Below are positions 27,297 through 35,936 of a stretch of 64,000 bases of DNA, one piece after another. Positions within the stretch are counted from its first letter, which is position 1, and each line of letters begins with the position of its first letter. Origin of the DNA: Frankiales bacterium (lineage in GTDB: Bacteria; Actinomycetota; Actinomycetes; Mycobacteriales; SCTD01); assembly GCA_025966135.1 (NCBI GenBank), contig JAOPVP010000077.1, positions 3,756-67,755 on the forward strand, in the 5' to 3' direction. The position numbers and the translations under genes were made by a program. The notes beneath the pieces are model-generated. The model was not told the origin of the DNA. It did no database searches and saw nothing but the letters and a program-made list of their open reading frames with translations.

Positions 27297-27825
27297 TGGC
27301 TTTCTCCTGGCAGGGTCTCCGCTGCAGTCGCGGCGGTTGCCGTCAGACTCTCCGCTCAGGCAAGTGCTGGGCATCCCGGGATCGGGCGACTTCTCGGGAT
27401 CCCACAGCAAGACGCAGCGCTGGAAGCCACTGCGCGAGTTGCGCCGCGCCACCGGCGTGCTCAACTTGGCGGCCGGACTGATCATCCTGTGGAAGCCGGC
27501 CGAGTCACTGGTAGCGCTCACCATGCTCGTCGCCGTGTTCCTGCTCGTCGGCGGCCTGTTCCGCATCCTGATCGGCGTCGCGGTCGGCCTCCCCGGATCC
27601 GGCTGGCTCGTGCTTCACGGAGTCGTGGACGTGGTCCTCGCTGTCCTGATCATCGCCAACCTGCCTGAAGCCAGCTTCTCCGTCCTCGGCCTGCTGCTCC
27701 CGATCTCGCTGTTGGTCGACGGCACGGCGCTAGTCGTGCTCGGCAGCGTTGGGCATCGTGGTTTCGGCCGCATTGCGGCCTTCGCCCGGGTGCATGAATC
27801 GCCCAGGTCTCCTCGTCACGCCTGA
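27289..27825 (+). CDS. HdeD/DUF308-like membrane protein (short form; true start probably downstream, about 27364-27457)
   Basis: TM segments 'VLNLAAGLIILWKPAESLVALTMLVAVFLLVGGLFRI' and 'GWLVLHGVVDVVLAVLII'. The track start overlaps the divergent YceI start, so a later GTG/TTG is likelier. Confidence 0.5.
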   Translation: MVIGFLLAGSPLQSRRLPSDSPLRQVLGIPGSGDFSGSHSKTQRWKPLRELRRATGVLNLAAGLIILWKPAESLVALTMLVAVFLLVGGLFRILIGVAVGLPGSGWLVLHGVVDVVLAVLIIANLPEASFSVLGLLLPISLLVDGTALVVLGSVGHRGFGRIAAFARVHESPRSPRHA

Positions 27826-28887
27826 TTCCGGAGCCGGGCTCGCCGGGAGACGCTCCACCTCGGTTCGCAGCCGCGGCAGGCTCTCGGGGTAGTTGCGCTG
27901 GAGGAAGTCGAGGAGTTGCTCGCGGACCTCGCACCGCAGGTCCCAGTTGCTCGGCGCATCGGCGGAGCTCATCAGCCCCCTCAGCACCATCGTGGTTGGC
28001 GTCGTGTCGACGACCTGCAGCACCCAGTCGCGACGGTCCCAGAGTGGAGACGCCTCGACGAGCCGCTGCATCTCGACTCGTAGGCGCTCGACCGGCACCG
28101 AGAAGTCGACGTGCAGGATGACGTTGCCAAGGACGCGCGACTCCTGGCGGGTCCAGTTCTGGAACACGTTCTGTGTGAACCATGACACCGGGAGGATTAG
28201 CCGCCGGTTGTCCCATGTGCGGACGACGACATACGTCAGCGTGATCTCCTCGATTCTGCCCCACTCGCCGTCGACCACGACGACGTCATCGATCCGGATC
28301 GGGTCAGTAAAGGCGATCTGCAGCCCGGCGATCAGGTTGCCCAACGTCGTCTGGGCCGCGAGGCCGGCGACGATGCCTAGCACGCCGGCAGAGGCCAGGA
28401 AGGATGCACCGAGCGTGCGTCCGCGAGGGAAGGTCATGAGTGCTGCCGCGATCGCCACGAAGATGACGATGGCGACAAGCACTCGCCGCAGGACCACGAT
28501 CTGAGTGCGAAGTCGGCGCGCCTGTCTGTTATTGCCAACGCCGCTGGGCATGCGCACCGCGGCGACGTCCTCAACTACCGCGCTGAGCTGGACCAGGAGC
28601 CACGAGACCGAGCCGATCAGCAGCACGGTGAACGCGTGTGAGACTGCCTCGGCCCAGCGCCGATCCGGGGTCGAGTCCGGGAGCACAACCATGATTGCCG
28701 CAACCATGAGCGCCAAGCGAAACGGCCACCGGCAGCGCTTCTGCAGCGAGACCCACACCGGGTCGCCCGAACGCCGCCCTGCGCCGCTGGTTACCCGCCC
28801 GACCAGCACCGCTGTCACCCAGGCGACGACGGCAGCCGCCGCACTCCATCCGAGCACCGGCAGCACATCGCGCGCGCGGCCCGCCAC
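27730..28887 (-). CDS. MscS-family mechanosensitive channel
   Basis: 'GVLGIVAGLAAQTTLGNLIAGLQIAFTDPIRIDDVVVVDGEWGRIEEITLTYVVVRTWDNRRLILP' is the MscS core. GTG at 28887 was chosen downstream of the MFS stop; the start is uncertain. Confidence 0.8.
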   Translation of the reverse strand: MAGRARDVLPVLGWSAAAAVVAWVTAVLVGRVTSGAGRRSGDPVWVSLQKRCRWPFRLALMVAAIMVVLPDSTPDRRWAEAVSHAFTVLLIGSVSWLLVQLSAVVEDVAAVRMPSGVGNNRQARRLRTQIVVLRRVLVAIVIFVAIAAALMTFPRGRTLGASFLASAGVLGIVAGLAAQTTLGNLIAGLQIAFTDPIRIDDVVVVDGEWGRIEEITLTYVVVRTWDNRRLILPVSWFTQNVFQNWTRQESRVLGNVILHVDFSVPVERLRVEMQRLVEASPLWDRRDWVLQVVDTTPTTMVLRGLMSSADAPSNWDLRCEVREQLLDFLQRNYPESLPRLRTEVERLPASPAPESGVTRRPGRFMHPGEGRNAAETTMPNAAEHD

Positions 28888-28916
28888 GTCGAGAGCTGCG
28901 AGCTCCGGGTGCCCCG

Positions 28917-30488
28917 TCAGCCCCGGCCTCCGTGACCGACGAGTGCACGGCGGCGGGCGGCGTCCGGGTTGCGTCGCACGTGCGCGGCACAACCGCCGGT
29001 GAGTCCGCTGGCGCAGGCATCGCTGGCAGTCGCCGCACGCGCGGACAGCGGCGTCGCTACCGACTCGAGGGAGCGACGTTCTGCATCGACACCCCAGATG
29101 GCCTCCACGATCCCGCCGATGACCATCAACGCCGCGGCAAAGGTGTAGCCGAGGAAGACCTTGCCCCGATCGTGGCCGCTGCCGATGAGGGTGGCGAACA
29201 ACCATGGCGCGACAACACCACCGCAGAGAGTCGCGATTGCGAAGAAGAACGCGATCGCCTGTGCCCGGATCTCGATGGGGAACGCCTCGCTCACCGTGAG
29301 GTATGCCGAGGACGCCGCTGCGGAGGCGATGAAGAAAATGATGCACCACAAGAGGGTCTGGCTGAGTGCCGTGAGTGATCCTCGGTTGAACATCCACCCG
29401 GTGATGAACAGCAGGACGCCCGATGCGACATAGGTGCCGCCAACCATGACGCGTCGACCCACCGAGTCGAACAAGGGACCGAGCACGATTGGGCCCAGCA
29501 GGTTGCCGACCGCGAACGGGAAGATGAAGAGGGAGACCTTGTCGCTGCTGATGTCGTAGAATTCGGCCAGGATCAAGGCATATGTGAAGAAGATCGCGTT
29601 GTAGAGGAACGATTGAGTCGTCATCAGTGCGAAGCCAATGAGGGATCGGCGCCGGTAGTCACGAAGCAGAGTGCGGGCAAGATCGCGATAGCTCAACTCC
29701 ACCCGGTCGACGATCTCGATTGCCTCGTGATCGTTCACCGGCTCGACCTTGATGCCCTGCTCGTTGGCCGCGGCCTCGATCTCACTGACGATGCGTTCGG
29801 CCTCCTCAGGCTGGCCGTGCGTCAACAGCCAGCGCGGACTCTCTGGAATGTGGCGTCGCAGCGGCCAGATGGCCAGACCGATGACCGGGCCGATGAGCAG
29901 GCCGAGGCGCCACCCGACGTTCACACCGAAGAGGCCTTCGTTGAGGAAGGCGACGTTTGCCGCTGCACCGATCATCGCGCCGAGCCAGTAGGTGCCGTTG
30001 ACCGCCAGGTCTGTCCGACCGCGGTACGGCGCAGGGATCAACTCGTCGATCGCGGAGTTGATGGCGGCATACTCTCCACCGATGCCGGCACCGGCGACGA
30101 TGCGGGTCAAGGCAAAGTACACGAAGCCCGTCGAACCAGCAGTAAGCGCGTTGCCGACCAAGTAGATGCCCAGAGTGACGATGAACAGCTTCCGCCGACC
30201 GAGCTGGTCGGCGAGTCGCCCGAACACCAGGGCACCGATGACCTCGCCGAACAGATAGAGGCTTGCGCTCAGCCCCACCTGCGACGAGGAGAAGTGCAAG
30301 GTCCCTGCGTCACGGAGCCGGTCGGCGATGGATCCGGCGATGGTGATCTCGACACCGTCGAGCACCCACGTGATGCCCAATGCAACGATGACGCGCCAGT
30401 GGAATCGCGTCCACGGCAACCGGTCGAGACGCGCGGGGACGGTGCTGCGGATCGGTTGCACGGACGGCCGCGCGCGGTCGGTGGTCAT
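28917..30488 (-). CDS. MFS transporter (sugar-porter / metabolite:H+ symporter-like)
   Basis: 523 aa, 12-TM pattern, 'GRLADQLGRRKLF' MFS loop motif. Confidence 0.8.
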   Translation of the reverse strand: MTTDRARPSVQPIRSTVPARLDRLPWTRFHWRVIVALGITWVLDGVEITIAGSIADRLRDAGTLHFSSSQVGLSASLYLFGEVIGALVFGRLADQLGRRKLFIVTLGIYLVGNALTAGSTGFVYFALTRIVAGAGIGGEYAAINSAIDELIPAPYRGRTDLAVNGTYWLGAMIGAAANVAFLNEGLFGVNVGWRLGLLIGPVIGLAIWPLRRHIPESPRWLLTHGQPEEAERIVSEIEAAANEQGIKVEPVNDHEAIEIVDRVELSYRDLARTLLRDYRRRSLIGFALMTTQSFLYNAIFFTYALILAEFYDISSDKVSLFIFPFAVGNLLGPIVLGPLFDSVGRRVMVGGTYVASGVLLFITGWMFNRGSLTALSQTLLWCIIFFIASAAASSAYLTVSEAFPIEIRAQAIAFFFAIATLCGGVVAPWLFATLIGSGHDRGKVFLGYTFAAALMVIGGIVEAIWGVDAERRSLESVATPLSARAATASDACASGLTGGCAAHVRRNPDAARRRALVGHGGRG

Positions 30489-31387
30489 CGGCCCGGACTC
30501 ACGGTGATTGGTTGTTTGCGGAGCAGATCTGTCGCCGCCGCGCCGACGACGCGCTGCCGGTGCAGGCCCCGTCGTACATCCATCTCATGGGGCACGCCTT
30601 CGGCCACACAGGCCGCGAACTCCGAGTACATGGCCTCGTAGGTCTCGCGCCCGACCACCCCGGCGCAGTCGATTGCCGCGGCTCCTCCGGGCCCGAAGAT
30701 CTCGATGTCGCCACGGTCGCGCTCAACGTCGACTGTGCCGCTCAACGGCGCGTCGCTGAACCGACCACGCTCGTGTTCGGGCGCTAGACCAACCCAACCG
30801 TCGAGGTCGCCGTGGGCGAGCACGTCGGCCACCGGCCCGAGTGCGGCGTCGAGCATGTCGATCAGGCGAGGCCCCAGCATCCGCTTCCCGCGCTCCAGTC
30901 GCCAAGTCGCAGTCGCCGAGCCGGCCGCGAAGGCGCTGAACATGAGCTTGTCGATGCCGCCCTGCGGAGGTGTCTTCGGCACCTGAAGGTTCAAGAAGCG
31001 ACGGACGGCTACCGCATAACGCCACGTCAGCGCCACTTGCGACACGACGGCACCCGAAGCCACCGCGGAGGCGAGCTCTTCGGCCCCGGCGACGTCGGCG
31101 GCAATCGGGATCTCGAGCAGCAACGGCTTGTGACGCAAGGCCACCGATGGCGCAAGCTCAGCCTGCACCGCCGGGGGCACCGCGAAATCGATCGCGTCGC
31201 AGGTGTTCAGCAAATCCTCGTAACGGTTGAAAGCAATCACACCGTGCGCCGCCGCCAACTCAGTGGCAATCTTGGGTGAACGGCTCCAGACACCCCCGAA
31301 GGTGATCTCGGGACACCGCGACAGAGAGGGAGCGTGGAGGTTGCGTGCCCGACGACCGGCACCCACGAAATCAACTTTGATCGCCAT
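30485..31387 (-). CDS. Gfo/Idh/MocA-family oxidoreductase
   Basis: N-terminal Rossmann 'IKVDFVGAGRRAR' and family-typical 'KPLLLEIPIA'. Its stop overlaps the MFS ATG (ATGA). Confidence 0.65.
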   Translation of the reverse strand: MAIKVDFVGAGRRARNLHAPSLSRCPEITFGGVWSRSPKIATELAAAHGVIAFNRYEDLLNTCDAIDFAVPPAVQAELAPSVALRHKPLLLEIPIAADVAGAEELASAVASGAVVSQVALTWRYAVAVRRFLNLQVPKTPPQGGIDKLMFSAFAAGSATATWRLERGKRMLGPRLIDMLDAALGPVADVLAHGDLDGWVGLAPEHERGRFSDAPLSGTVDVERDRGDIEIFGPGGAAAIDCAGVVGRETYEAMYSEFAACVAEGVPHEMDVRRGLHRQRVVGAAATDLLRKQPITVSPGR

Positions 31388-31388
31388 G

Positions 31389-31616
31389 TCAAACCCCGGT
31401 GAGCTGGCGCTGCAGCTTCTCGCGCCGCGCCACGAGCCAGGCGATGATCGCCTCCTGCTCCTCAGCGGCGCTCAACGCGACCGACAATTCCTCCGGGTCC
31501 CGCGGGGCGTCGCGTCGCTCGGCGATCTCGCGCCGGAGATGAGCGGCCTCCCGCCGCAGGCGCTCCAAGTCATCGTCGGCTCGGAGCAGCTCATCGACCG
31601 TCTTATGGGCGACCAT
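31389..31616 (-). CDS. small coiled-coil hypothetical protein
   Basis: 75 aa from the ATG at 31616 (GAGAGGA upstream). Charged heptad-like sequence. It ends 2 nt before the oxidoreductase start. Confidence 0.4.
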   Translation of the reverse strand: MVAHKTVDELLRADDDLERLRREAAHLRREIAERRDAPRDPEELSVALSAAEEQEAIIAWLVARREKLQRQLTGV

Positions 31617-31723
31617 GCGAGTCCGTCCTCTCGGCGACGACACCACCTTTGCACCCCAGTTCCGCCTGGCCATCCCCCAACTCCGTGACGCGCGCCGCCC
31701 TACCCGCCCGGCACGGTTCGTGC

Positions 31724-32135
31724 GTGCTTAGGGTGGGTGCCGGGCACGATTTCGTGGTCGTCGCAAACCGTCTGCCGGTCGGACGAGATCCGCGACGAAG
31801 CAACCGGGTCCACCGAGTGGCTGCCGAGCCCGGGTGGACTCGTGACTGCGTTGCTGCTGGTCATGCGTTCTGCGGACGGTGCATGGGTCGGGTGGACCGG
31901 GGCGGGGGCAGCTCCCGAGCCGTTCGACGCCGACGGGTTGCGGCTGGTGCCGGTGGGGCTCACCGATGCCGAGGTCGCGGACCACAGGCGCGAAGACGTC
32001 CGTGCACGCGCGAAGGAGATCCGAGACGCGTTGGGTGACAACGATGTCGCGCGATGGGCGGCCGGTTTCCTCGATGCGTTGCGCGAGGCACCCGGCGATC
32101 CCGCACGGCGTGCCTCTGCCAAGGCAGAGCGGTAG
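31724..32135 (+). pseudogene. otsA: otsA (trehalose-6-phosphate synthase) remnant: N-terminal ~75 codons joined to C-terminal ~45 codons, plus a frameshift
   Basis: 'HDFVVVANRLPV', a frameshift, then 'WLPSPGGLVTALLLV...GAWVGWTG...GLRLVPVGLTDAEVADH', then directly the C-terminal-type 'NDVARWAAGFLDAL'. The ~350-aa catalytic core is missing. Confidence 0.65.
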
Positions 32136-32157
32136 TTCTCGAGATCAGTAGTTCTCG
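32132..32157. repeat. direct repeat GTAGTTCTCG x2 (16-nt period) upstream of the ferritin-like gene
   Basis: 32132-32141 and 32148-32157, in an A/T-richer patch ~125-145 nt upstream of the ATG at 32279. Confidence 0.5.
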
Positions 32158-32278
32158 GGGTGCGCGTTCGCCTGCCTGGCACCTAGTTTTCGGGTCCAGC
32201 GTGGTATGGACTCCGTTCCTACGCACTCGGTAGGAGGCTGTCGCGCGCGATGAGGGGACGGACAGCGAGGAGAGCGAA

Positions 32279-32812
32279 ATGAACGACTTTGCGCTGGACC
32301 TGGACCGCATCCGAGTCGCCGCTCGACAGCACCTCGAGACCGGCCCGGTCACGGACGAGTACGGCATGGACGTTGCCAGGGTCATCGACGTCCTGAACGA
32401 CGTTCTCGCCACTGAGCTTGTGTGCGTGCTGCGCTACAAGCGCCACTACTACATGGCGAAAGGCCTGCATGGCGCTGCCGTGGCAGCCGAGTTCCTGGAG
32501 CACGCCGCTGACGAACAGCGCCACGCGGATCTGGCGGCCGAACGGATCGCTCAGCTGGGCGGCGAGCCAGACTTCAATCCCGACGTGTTGGCCAAGCGAA
32601 GTCACACCGAGTATGTGGACCGCGGCGACCTGTTGGACATGATCCGCGAGGATCTGGTGGCTGAGCGGATCGCCGTCGCGACGTACGCCGAGATTGTTCG
32701 GTGGCTTGGTGACGGCGACCCGACGACGCGTCGGCTCATCGAACGGCTGCTGGCCGAAGAGGAGGGCCACGCCGAGGACCTGCGGAACCTGCTAGATCGG
32801 CTCCACACTTGA
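32279..32812 (+). CDS. bacterioferritin-family / ferritin-like di-iron protein
   Basis: 'LNDVLATELVCVLRYKRHYYMAKG...EFLEHAADEQRHADLAAERI...LVAERIAVATYAE...LLAEEEGHAEDL' shows a four-helix ferroxidase ligand pattern (E, ExxH, E, ExxH). Confidence 0.8.
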   Translation: MNDFALDLDRIRVAARQHLETGPVTDEYGMDVARVIDVLNDVLATELVCVLRYKRHYYMAKGLHGAAVAAEFLEHAADEQRHADLAAERIAQLGGEPDFNPDVLAKRSHTEYVDRGDLLDMIREDLVAERIAVATYAEIVRWLGDGDPTTRRLIERLLAEEEGHAEDLRNLLDRLHT

Positions 32813-32827
32813 CGGGCGCCTTGCGGG

Positions 32828-33385
32828 ATGACGCCTTCCACCGCGGGGTTCCCGGCCCGGGAAGACGCCGACGCCGGCAACCTCACCGGGCCGGGTTCGT
32901 TGTCGGCGGAGACGGTCGCGGACCCACGACTGGGTAGCGGCCGACGACCTGATGCGGCGCTGTTGCGGATGCTGGCCTATGCCGAGGACGCGGTTCTCTA
33001 CGTCGTGGCGCTGCTTCTGCTGGTACTAGGCAGCGGTGTCTTGGTCCGCAGCATCAGCGAGTTGCTGGGCAGCGAAGCTTCGTGGCCGGAGCGATTCGTG
33101 GTGGTTCTCGAGGAGCTGCTTCTGGTCCTCATCATCCTGGAAATCTTCGTCACGGTCCTGACGCACCTGCAAGGCGGGCGCCTTCAGCTCGAGCCGTTCA
33201 TCACCGTGGCGGTCATTGCCGTGGTCCGTCACATTTTGTCGATCGTGGTTCGGCTAGCCATCCCGGGCGCGCCGGTGCAGAGCCGGTTCGGGCTCGCTGA
33301 GCTCGCTGCCAACGCAGGCGTGGCGTTCCTCCTGGTCGCTGCGCTCGCGCTGAACCGCTGGTCAGAGAGCCGACATTCCGCCTGA
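32828..33385 (+). CDS. PsiE-family (phosphate-starvation-inducible) membrane protein-like
   Basis: 'LLLVLIILEIFVTVLTHL...LEPFITVAVIAVVRHIL' parallels the PsiE core. Four TM segments. Confidence 0.55.
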   Translation: MTPSTAGFPAREDADAGNLTGPGSLSAETVADPRLGSGRRPDAALLRMLAYAEDAVLYVVALLLLVLGSGVLVRSISELLGSEASWPERFVVVLEELLLVLIILEIFVTVLTHLQGGRLQLEPFITVAVIAVVRHILSIVVRLAIPGAPVQSRFGLAELAANAGVAFLLVAALALNRWSESRHSA

Positions 33386-33603
33386 GCCACGGCTGACGCG
33401 GTGACGTATGGGCGGCGTTAGTGACAGCAGAGCCGACCGAGCAGCCAATCGTAAAGCCGTGTCCACCGGGTGCATAGGCGGCGGCGGCGCTAAGAACTTG
33501 CGAACCAGCGGGGGCATCCGATCGGCGCCGGAATGTAACCAGTTCTTGGGAGGTTCGCCGCGCTGCCTCTTGGCAGAGTAGGGCCACGGCAACCGGCCTG
33601 GCG

Positions 33604-35664
33604 GTGACTCCCATGACTACACAGGCGGCCCCGCGCACGGGGCAACGGGTGTTTCGTGACCGGCGCGACGCCGGTCGCGTGCTGGCGAGGATGCTCGAGG
33701 GCTACCGCGGCCGGAACGACGTCGTCGTCATGGCACTGCCACGAGGCGGGGTGCCGGTCGCGTATGAGGTCGCGACAGCGCTGGGCGCACCTCTGGATGT
33801 GGTCGTCGTCCGAAAGCTGGGCGTGCCCGGGCACGAAGAGGTGGCGATGGGCGCCATCGCCAGCGGCGGAGTGGCGGTTCTCAATGACGATGTGATCCGC
33901 GGTCTCGGGATCTCGCCCGAAGCACTGCAACAAGTGGCTGAGCGGGAGGGCCGCGAGTTGCTGCGCCGCGAGCGGGCCTACCGAGAGGGCCGCCGGCCGC
34001 CAGACCTGTCCGGCAAGACCGTCATCCTGGTCGACGACGGCCTGGCCACCGGCGCCAGCATGAGGGCCGCCATCCGGGCGCTGCTTCAACAACACGCCGG
34101 GCGCATTGTGGTCGCCGTGCCCGCCGCGCCGGCGCCGACATGCGGCGAGCTTGCTGACCTGGTCGACGATGTCGTGTGCGCCAGCACGCCGACGCCCTTC
34201 GTGGCAGTCGGCGAGTCCTATTGGGATTTCACCCAGACCACCGACGAAGAGGCACGCGAGCTGTTGCGTGCCGCGGCGACGACGTCTGAGGCCGCGCGTA
34301 GCGCATGGCCGGCGCAGAGCGACGCCGAGGTCATCCGAGAGGAATCAATGCCGGTTCAGGACGGCGCGCCCGGCGACTCGGCGCTGTTCGATCTCGTCGG
34401 CGATGCCCAGTACGTGCTACTCGGAGAGGCCTCGCACGGTACTCACGAGTTCTACGACGCGCGTGCTCGGATGACGCGGCGCCTGATCGAGGAAAAGGGG
34501 TTCACGGCAGTAGCGGTCGAGGCGGACTGGCCGGACGCATATCGGGTGAACCGCTACGTGCGAGCCCGCAGCGACGACGAAGTGGCGGAGGAGGCGCTGC
34601 GCGGCTTCGTCCGCTTCCCGACCTGGATGTGGCGCAACACGGTGGTGCTGGACTTCGTCGGGTGGCTGCGCGAGCACAACGATCGCGTCGGTCGCGAGGG
34701 GGGCGAGCTAGCCAAGGCGGGCTTCTACGGCCTGGACCTGTACAGCCTGCAGCGATCCATCCAGGAGGTCATCGCCTACCTCGATCGGGTCGACCCGGCG
34801 GCCGCCACTCGAGCTCGCGAACGATATTCCTGCTTCGACCACGCCGCCGAGAGCACCGACGCTGGCCAGTCCTACGGCTTCGCGGCAGCGTTCGGCGCCG
34901 GCGAGTCGTGCGAGCAGGAGGTGATCGACCAGTTGACCGACCTGCAGCGCCACGCAGTCGAGTATGCCCAGCGAGACGGCTTGCTCGCGGAGGACGAGCT
35001 GTTCTACGCCCAGCAGAACGCGGTTACCGTGAAGAACGCGGAGCAGTACTACCGTGCCATGTTCTCCAGCCGTGCGAACACCTGGAATCTTCGCGACCGG
35101 CACATGGTCGACACCCTCGACGCGCTCGCCGCCCATGTCGGCCAACAGCGCGGCGAACCCGCCAAGATCGTGGTGTGGGCGCACAACACGCACCTGGGGG
35201 ACGCCCGCGCGACCGAGATGGGCGCCCGCGGCGAGCACAATGTGGGCCAACTCGTGCGGGAGCGCCACCCCGAGAACTGCAGCCTGGTCGGCTTCACCAC
35301 CTACACCGGGACCGTCACCGCGGCCGACGACTGGGGAGGCCCGGCCGAACGCAAGTGGGTCCGGCCAGGACTTCCGGACAGCGTCGAGGAGCTGTTCCAC
35401 GAGACTGCAGCGAAGGCCTTCCTGCTCCCGTTCGGCCAGGCACCGCGGGCCACCACCGTGCTGAGCTCCGCGCTGCTTGAACGAGCGATCGGCGTGATCT
35501 ACCGGCCCGAGACCGAACGCGAAAGCCACTTCTTCCTTGCTCGTGTGGCCGACCAGTTTGACGCGGTCATCCACATCGCCGAAACACGAGCAGTCGAACC
35601 CCTCGAACGCACCGCCCGCTGGGAACAAGGAGAGGTTCCCGAGACCTACCCATTCGCGCTCTGA
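33604..35664 (+). CDS. fusion protein: phosphoribosyltransferase domain + erythromycin-esterase-like domain
   Basis: N-terminal '[18 protein letters not shown]...[16 protein letters not shown]' (PRT PRPP loop). C-terminal '[42 protein letters not shown]...[15 protein letters not shown]' (Ere-like). Confidence 0.8.
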   Translation: MTPMTTQAAPRTGQRVFRDRRDAGRVLARMLEGYRGRNDVVVMALPRGGVPVAYEVATALGAPLDVVVVRKLGVPGHEEVAMGAIASGGVAVLNDDVIRGLGISPEALQQVAEREGRELLRRERAYREGRRPPDLSGKTVILVDDGLATGASMRAAIRALLQQHAGRIVVAVPAAPAPTCGELADLVDDVVCASTPTPFVAVGESYWDFTQTTDEEARELLRAAATTSEAARSAWPAQSDAEVIREESMPVQDGAPGDSALFDLVGDAQYVLLGEASHGTHEFYDARARMTRRLIEEKGFTAVAVEADWPDAYRVNRYVRARSDDEVAEEALRGFVRFPTWMWRNTVVLDFVGWLREHNDRVGREGGELAKAGFYGLDLYSLQRSIQEVIAYLDRVDPAAATRARERYSCFDHAAESTDAGQSYGFAAAFGAGESCEQEVIDQLTDLQRHAVEYAQRDGLLAEDELFYAQQNAVTVKNAEQYYRAMFSSRANTWNLRDRHMVDTLDALAAHVGQQRGEPAKIVVWAHNTHLGDARATEMGARGEHNVGQLVRERHPENCSLVGFTTYTGTVTAADDWGGPAERKWVRPGLPDSVEELFHETAAKAFLLPFGQAPRATTVLSSALLERAIGVIYRPETERESHFFLARVADQFDAVIHIAETRAVEPLERTARWEQGEVPETYPFAL

Positions 35665-35936
35665 ACACCGTCCCCGTCCTCGTTGGAGGCACCGTGTCCG
35701 TAGTCCAGCAGCTCCTCAGGAACAACTGAATGGTCATGAAGCCAATGGACAAGGCCGCCGACTTCGTGCCAGCCGAGGCTCACTCTGTCGAGGCAGGTGT
35801 GTTTGTGCGGCCTGGCTGTTGGGAGCTGCGGAGTGCCCGAGGTTCTATCCAGGTGGCGCCTCGTCGAGTGCCCGTACCTTGTTGAGGTCCCCAGAGGCGG
35901 ACTGGGGCACTCATCAAACCTCCTCGATGGCGAAGA

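Noticed and set aside
26439-27382. Shared GGCATCCCGG(G)AT motif 55-85 nt upstream of paralog A (26439-26450) and YceI (27369-27382). A looser GGCATCCGAT lies upstream of the PRT/esterase gene (33513-33522).
   Set aside because: It is short, built around CCCGGG-type strings that are common in GC-rich DNA, and variable in spacing. Evidence is insufficient without a genome-wide background.
32186-32207. SigB/SigF-like promoter GTTTTC...TGGTAT upstream of the ferritin-like gene.
   Set aside because: The hexamers are only ~10 nt apart, versus the ~12-17 nt expected for GTTT-N-GGGTA-type promoters. The -10 element is GGTAT, not GGGTA.
35887-35910. GTCCCCAG-N7-CTGGGG(C)AC inverted repeat examined as a possible DosR/DevR-type box (GGGAC..GTCCC).
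   Set aside because: The half-site order is reversed relative to the DosR consensus. No other GGGAC-N-GTCCC boxes were seen upstream of genes in the stress block.
35780-35914. 44-codon minus-strand ORF with a strong GAGGAGG Shine-Dalgarno sequence, divergent from ndh.
   Set aside because: Third-position G+C is only about half by my count, far below neighbouring genes. The peptide is low-complexity (MSAPVRLWGPQQGTGTRRG...). It is probably not coding.
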